DNA of 64,000 nucleotides from the IMG/VR virus record IMGVR_UViG_3300020049_016248; one strand, written 5' to 3'. This stretch comes from a virus. Lineage: Duplodnaviria; Heunggongvirae; Uroviricota; Caudoviricetes. Below the pieces are notes generated by a model that ran no database searches, was not told where the DNA came from, and saw nothing but the letters and a program-made list of their open reading frames with translations. The translations under genes and the position numbers were made by a program. Shown here in pieces: positions 63,583-64,000 of this stretch (the stretch's first letter is position 1; every line of letters begins with the position of its first letter).

Positions 63583-63650
63583 GTTGGTCGAAGGCATTCC
63601 ATTGCAACTGGAAAATACAAACATCGTGGGTTCGAATCCTACCATCACCT
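63568..63650 (+). tRNA. tRNA-Cys(GCA) with 12-nt variable loop
   Basis: ttcca-ttgcaac-tggaa; ggtgatg/catcacc U73. Confidence 0.85.
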
Positions 63651-63663
63651 CTTAACTTACAGA

Positions 63664-63688
63664 ACTGGTTCGATCCCAGTAGGCACCT
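63664..63688 (+). pseudogene. 3' tRNA fragment (T arm plus acceptor strand)
   Basis: actgg-ttcgatc-ccagt aggcacct with no 5' half. Confidence 0.55.
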
Positions 63689-63724
63689 CTTGATTGTTTG
63701 TAGTTTTGTTCGTATCTTTAGTGT

Positions 63725-64000
63725 ATGGAAAATTATAAACCTTTACCGTTACCTAAAGATACAGCGTGGGAAAGAAAATCCCTTTCTAAATATTTACCAA
63801 TTTGGTTAAATCATTTTATTGAAAGTTTACGAAACACTTTAAAATGGTTACCAGTTATTTGGGGAGATAAACATTGGGACTATTATTATGTTTATGAAAT
63901 GTTAAAGAAAAAACTAGAATTTCAAAGAGAATATTTAGTTAAGAATAACAGAAACTTAGGGGTGCCTAGTGATAATTTTTACATAACAATTTGTTTAAAT
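63725..64000 (+). CDS. hypothetical protein, runs off the window
   Basis: MENYKPL..KWLPVIWGDKHWDYYYVYEMLKKKL. Confidence 0.7.
   Translation, partial: MENYKPLPLPKDTAWERKSLSKYLPIWLNHFIESLRNTLKWLPVIWGDKHWDYYYVYEMLKKKLEFQREYLVKNNRNLGVPSDNFYITICLN

Noticed and set aside
63664-63970. Permuted or split tRNA using GGTGCCT (63961) with AGGCACC (63681)
   Set aside because: The 7-mer lies inside a coding frame and is not followed by D or anticodon arms; probably chance.
1-64000. Stop-codon reassignment (TAG or TGA recoding)
   Set aside because: Long structural and enzyme genes are intact in the standard code and all three stops end genes at sensible places; only two isolated in-frame stops were seen (TAG 6517, TAA 50673).

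Overview
AT-rich segment of a large T4-like (jumbo-type) myophage in standard genetic code. The host is probably Bacteroidota: no Shine-Dalgarno motifs are evident, starts are A-rich, promoters resemble TTTG/TAnnTTT, and the phage encodes a Bacteroidota-type sigma-70 and an Hc1-like protein. 1-28 kb holds morphogenesis and late genes (neck, tail terminator, sheath, tube, gp5/gp25/gp6 baseplate, acidic head-like proteins, gp55-like sigma, PhoH, FolE, glycosyltransferases, a GIY-YIG endonuclease). 28-59 kb is a dense array of small overlapping ORFs plus sigma-70, ThyA, a thioesterase, a phosphatase and an ATP-grasp protein. 59.4-63.7 kb is a tRNA region. Main observations: (1) each tRNA block is preceded by a leader peptide, antiterminator and intrinsic terminator, and the leader codons match the downstream tRNAs (IVEDIIAVDEP before Pro/Glu/Asp/Ala/Ile/Val; ATA-TGT-ATA-TGT before Ile-UAU and Cys), suggesting ribosome-mediated attenuation that senses tRNA shortage; (2) about 44 otherwise diverse proteins share an amphipathic C-terminal tag h-x-x-h-h-x-x-I-N-x-E-L; (3) an integron-like cassette lies between two attC-like hairpins; (4) a tRNA-like gene has a 58-nt structured D-loop insertion. 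All calls are by eye from the sequence; no searches or folding programs were run.
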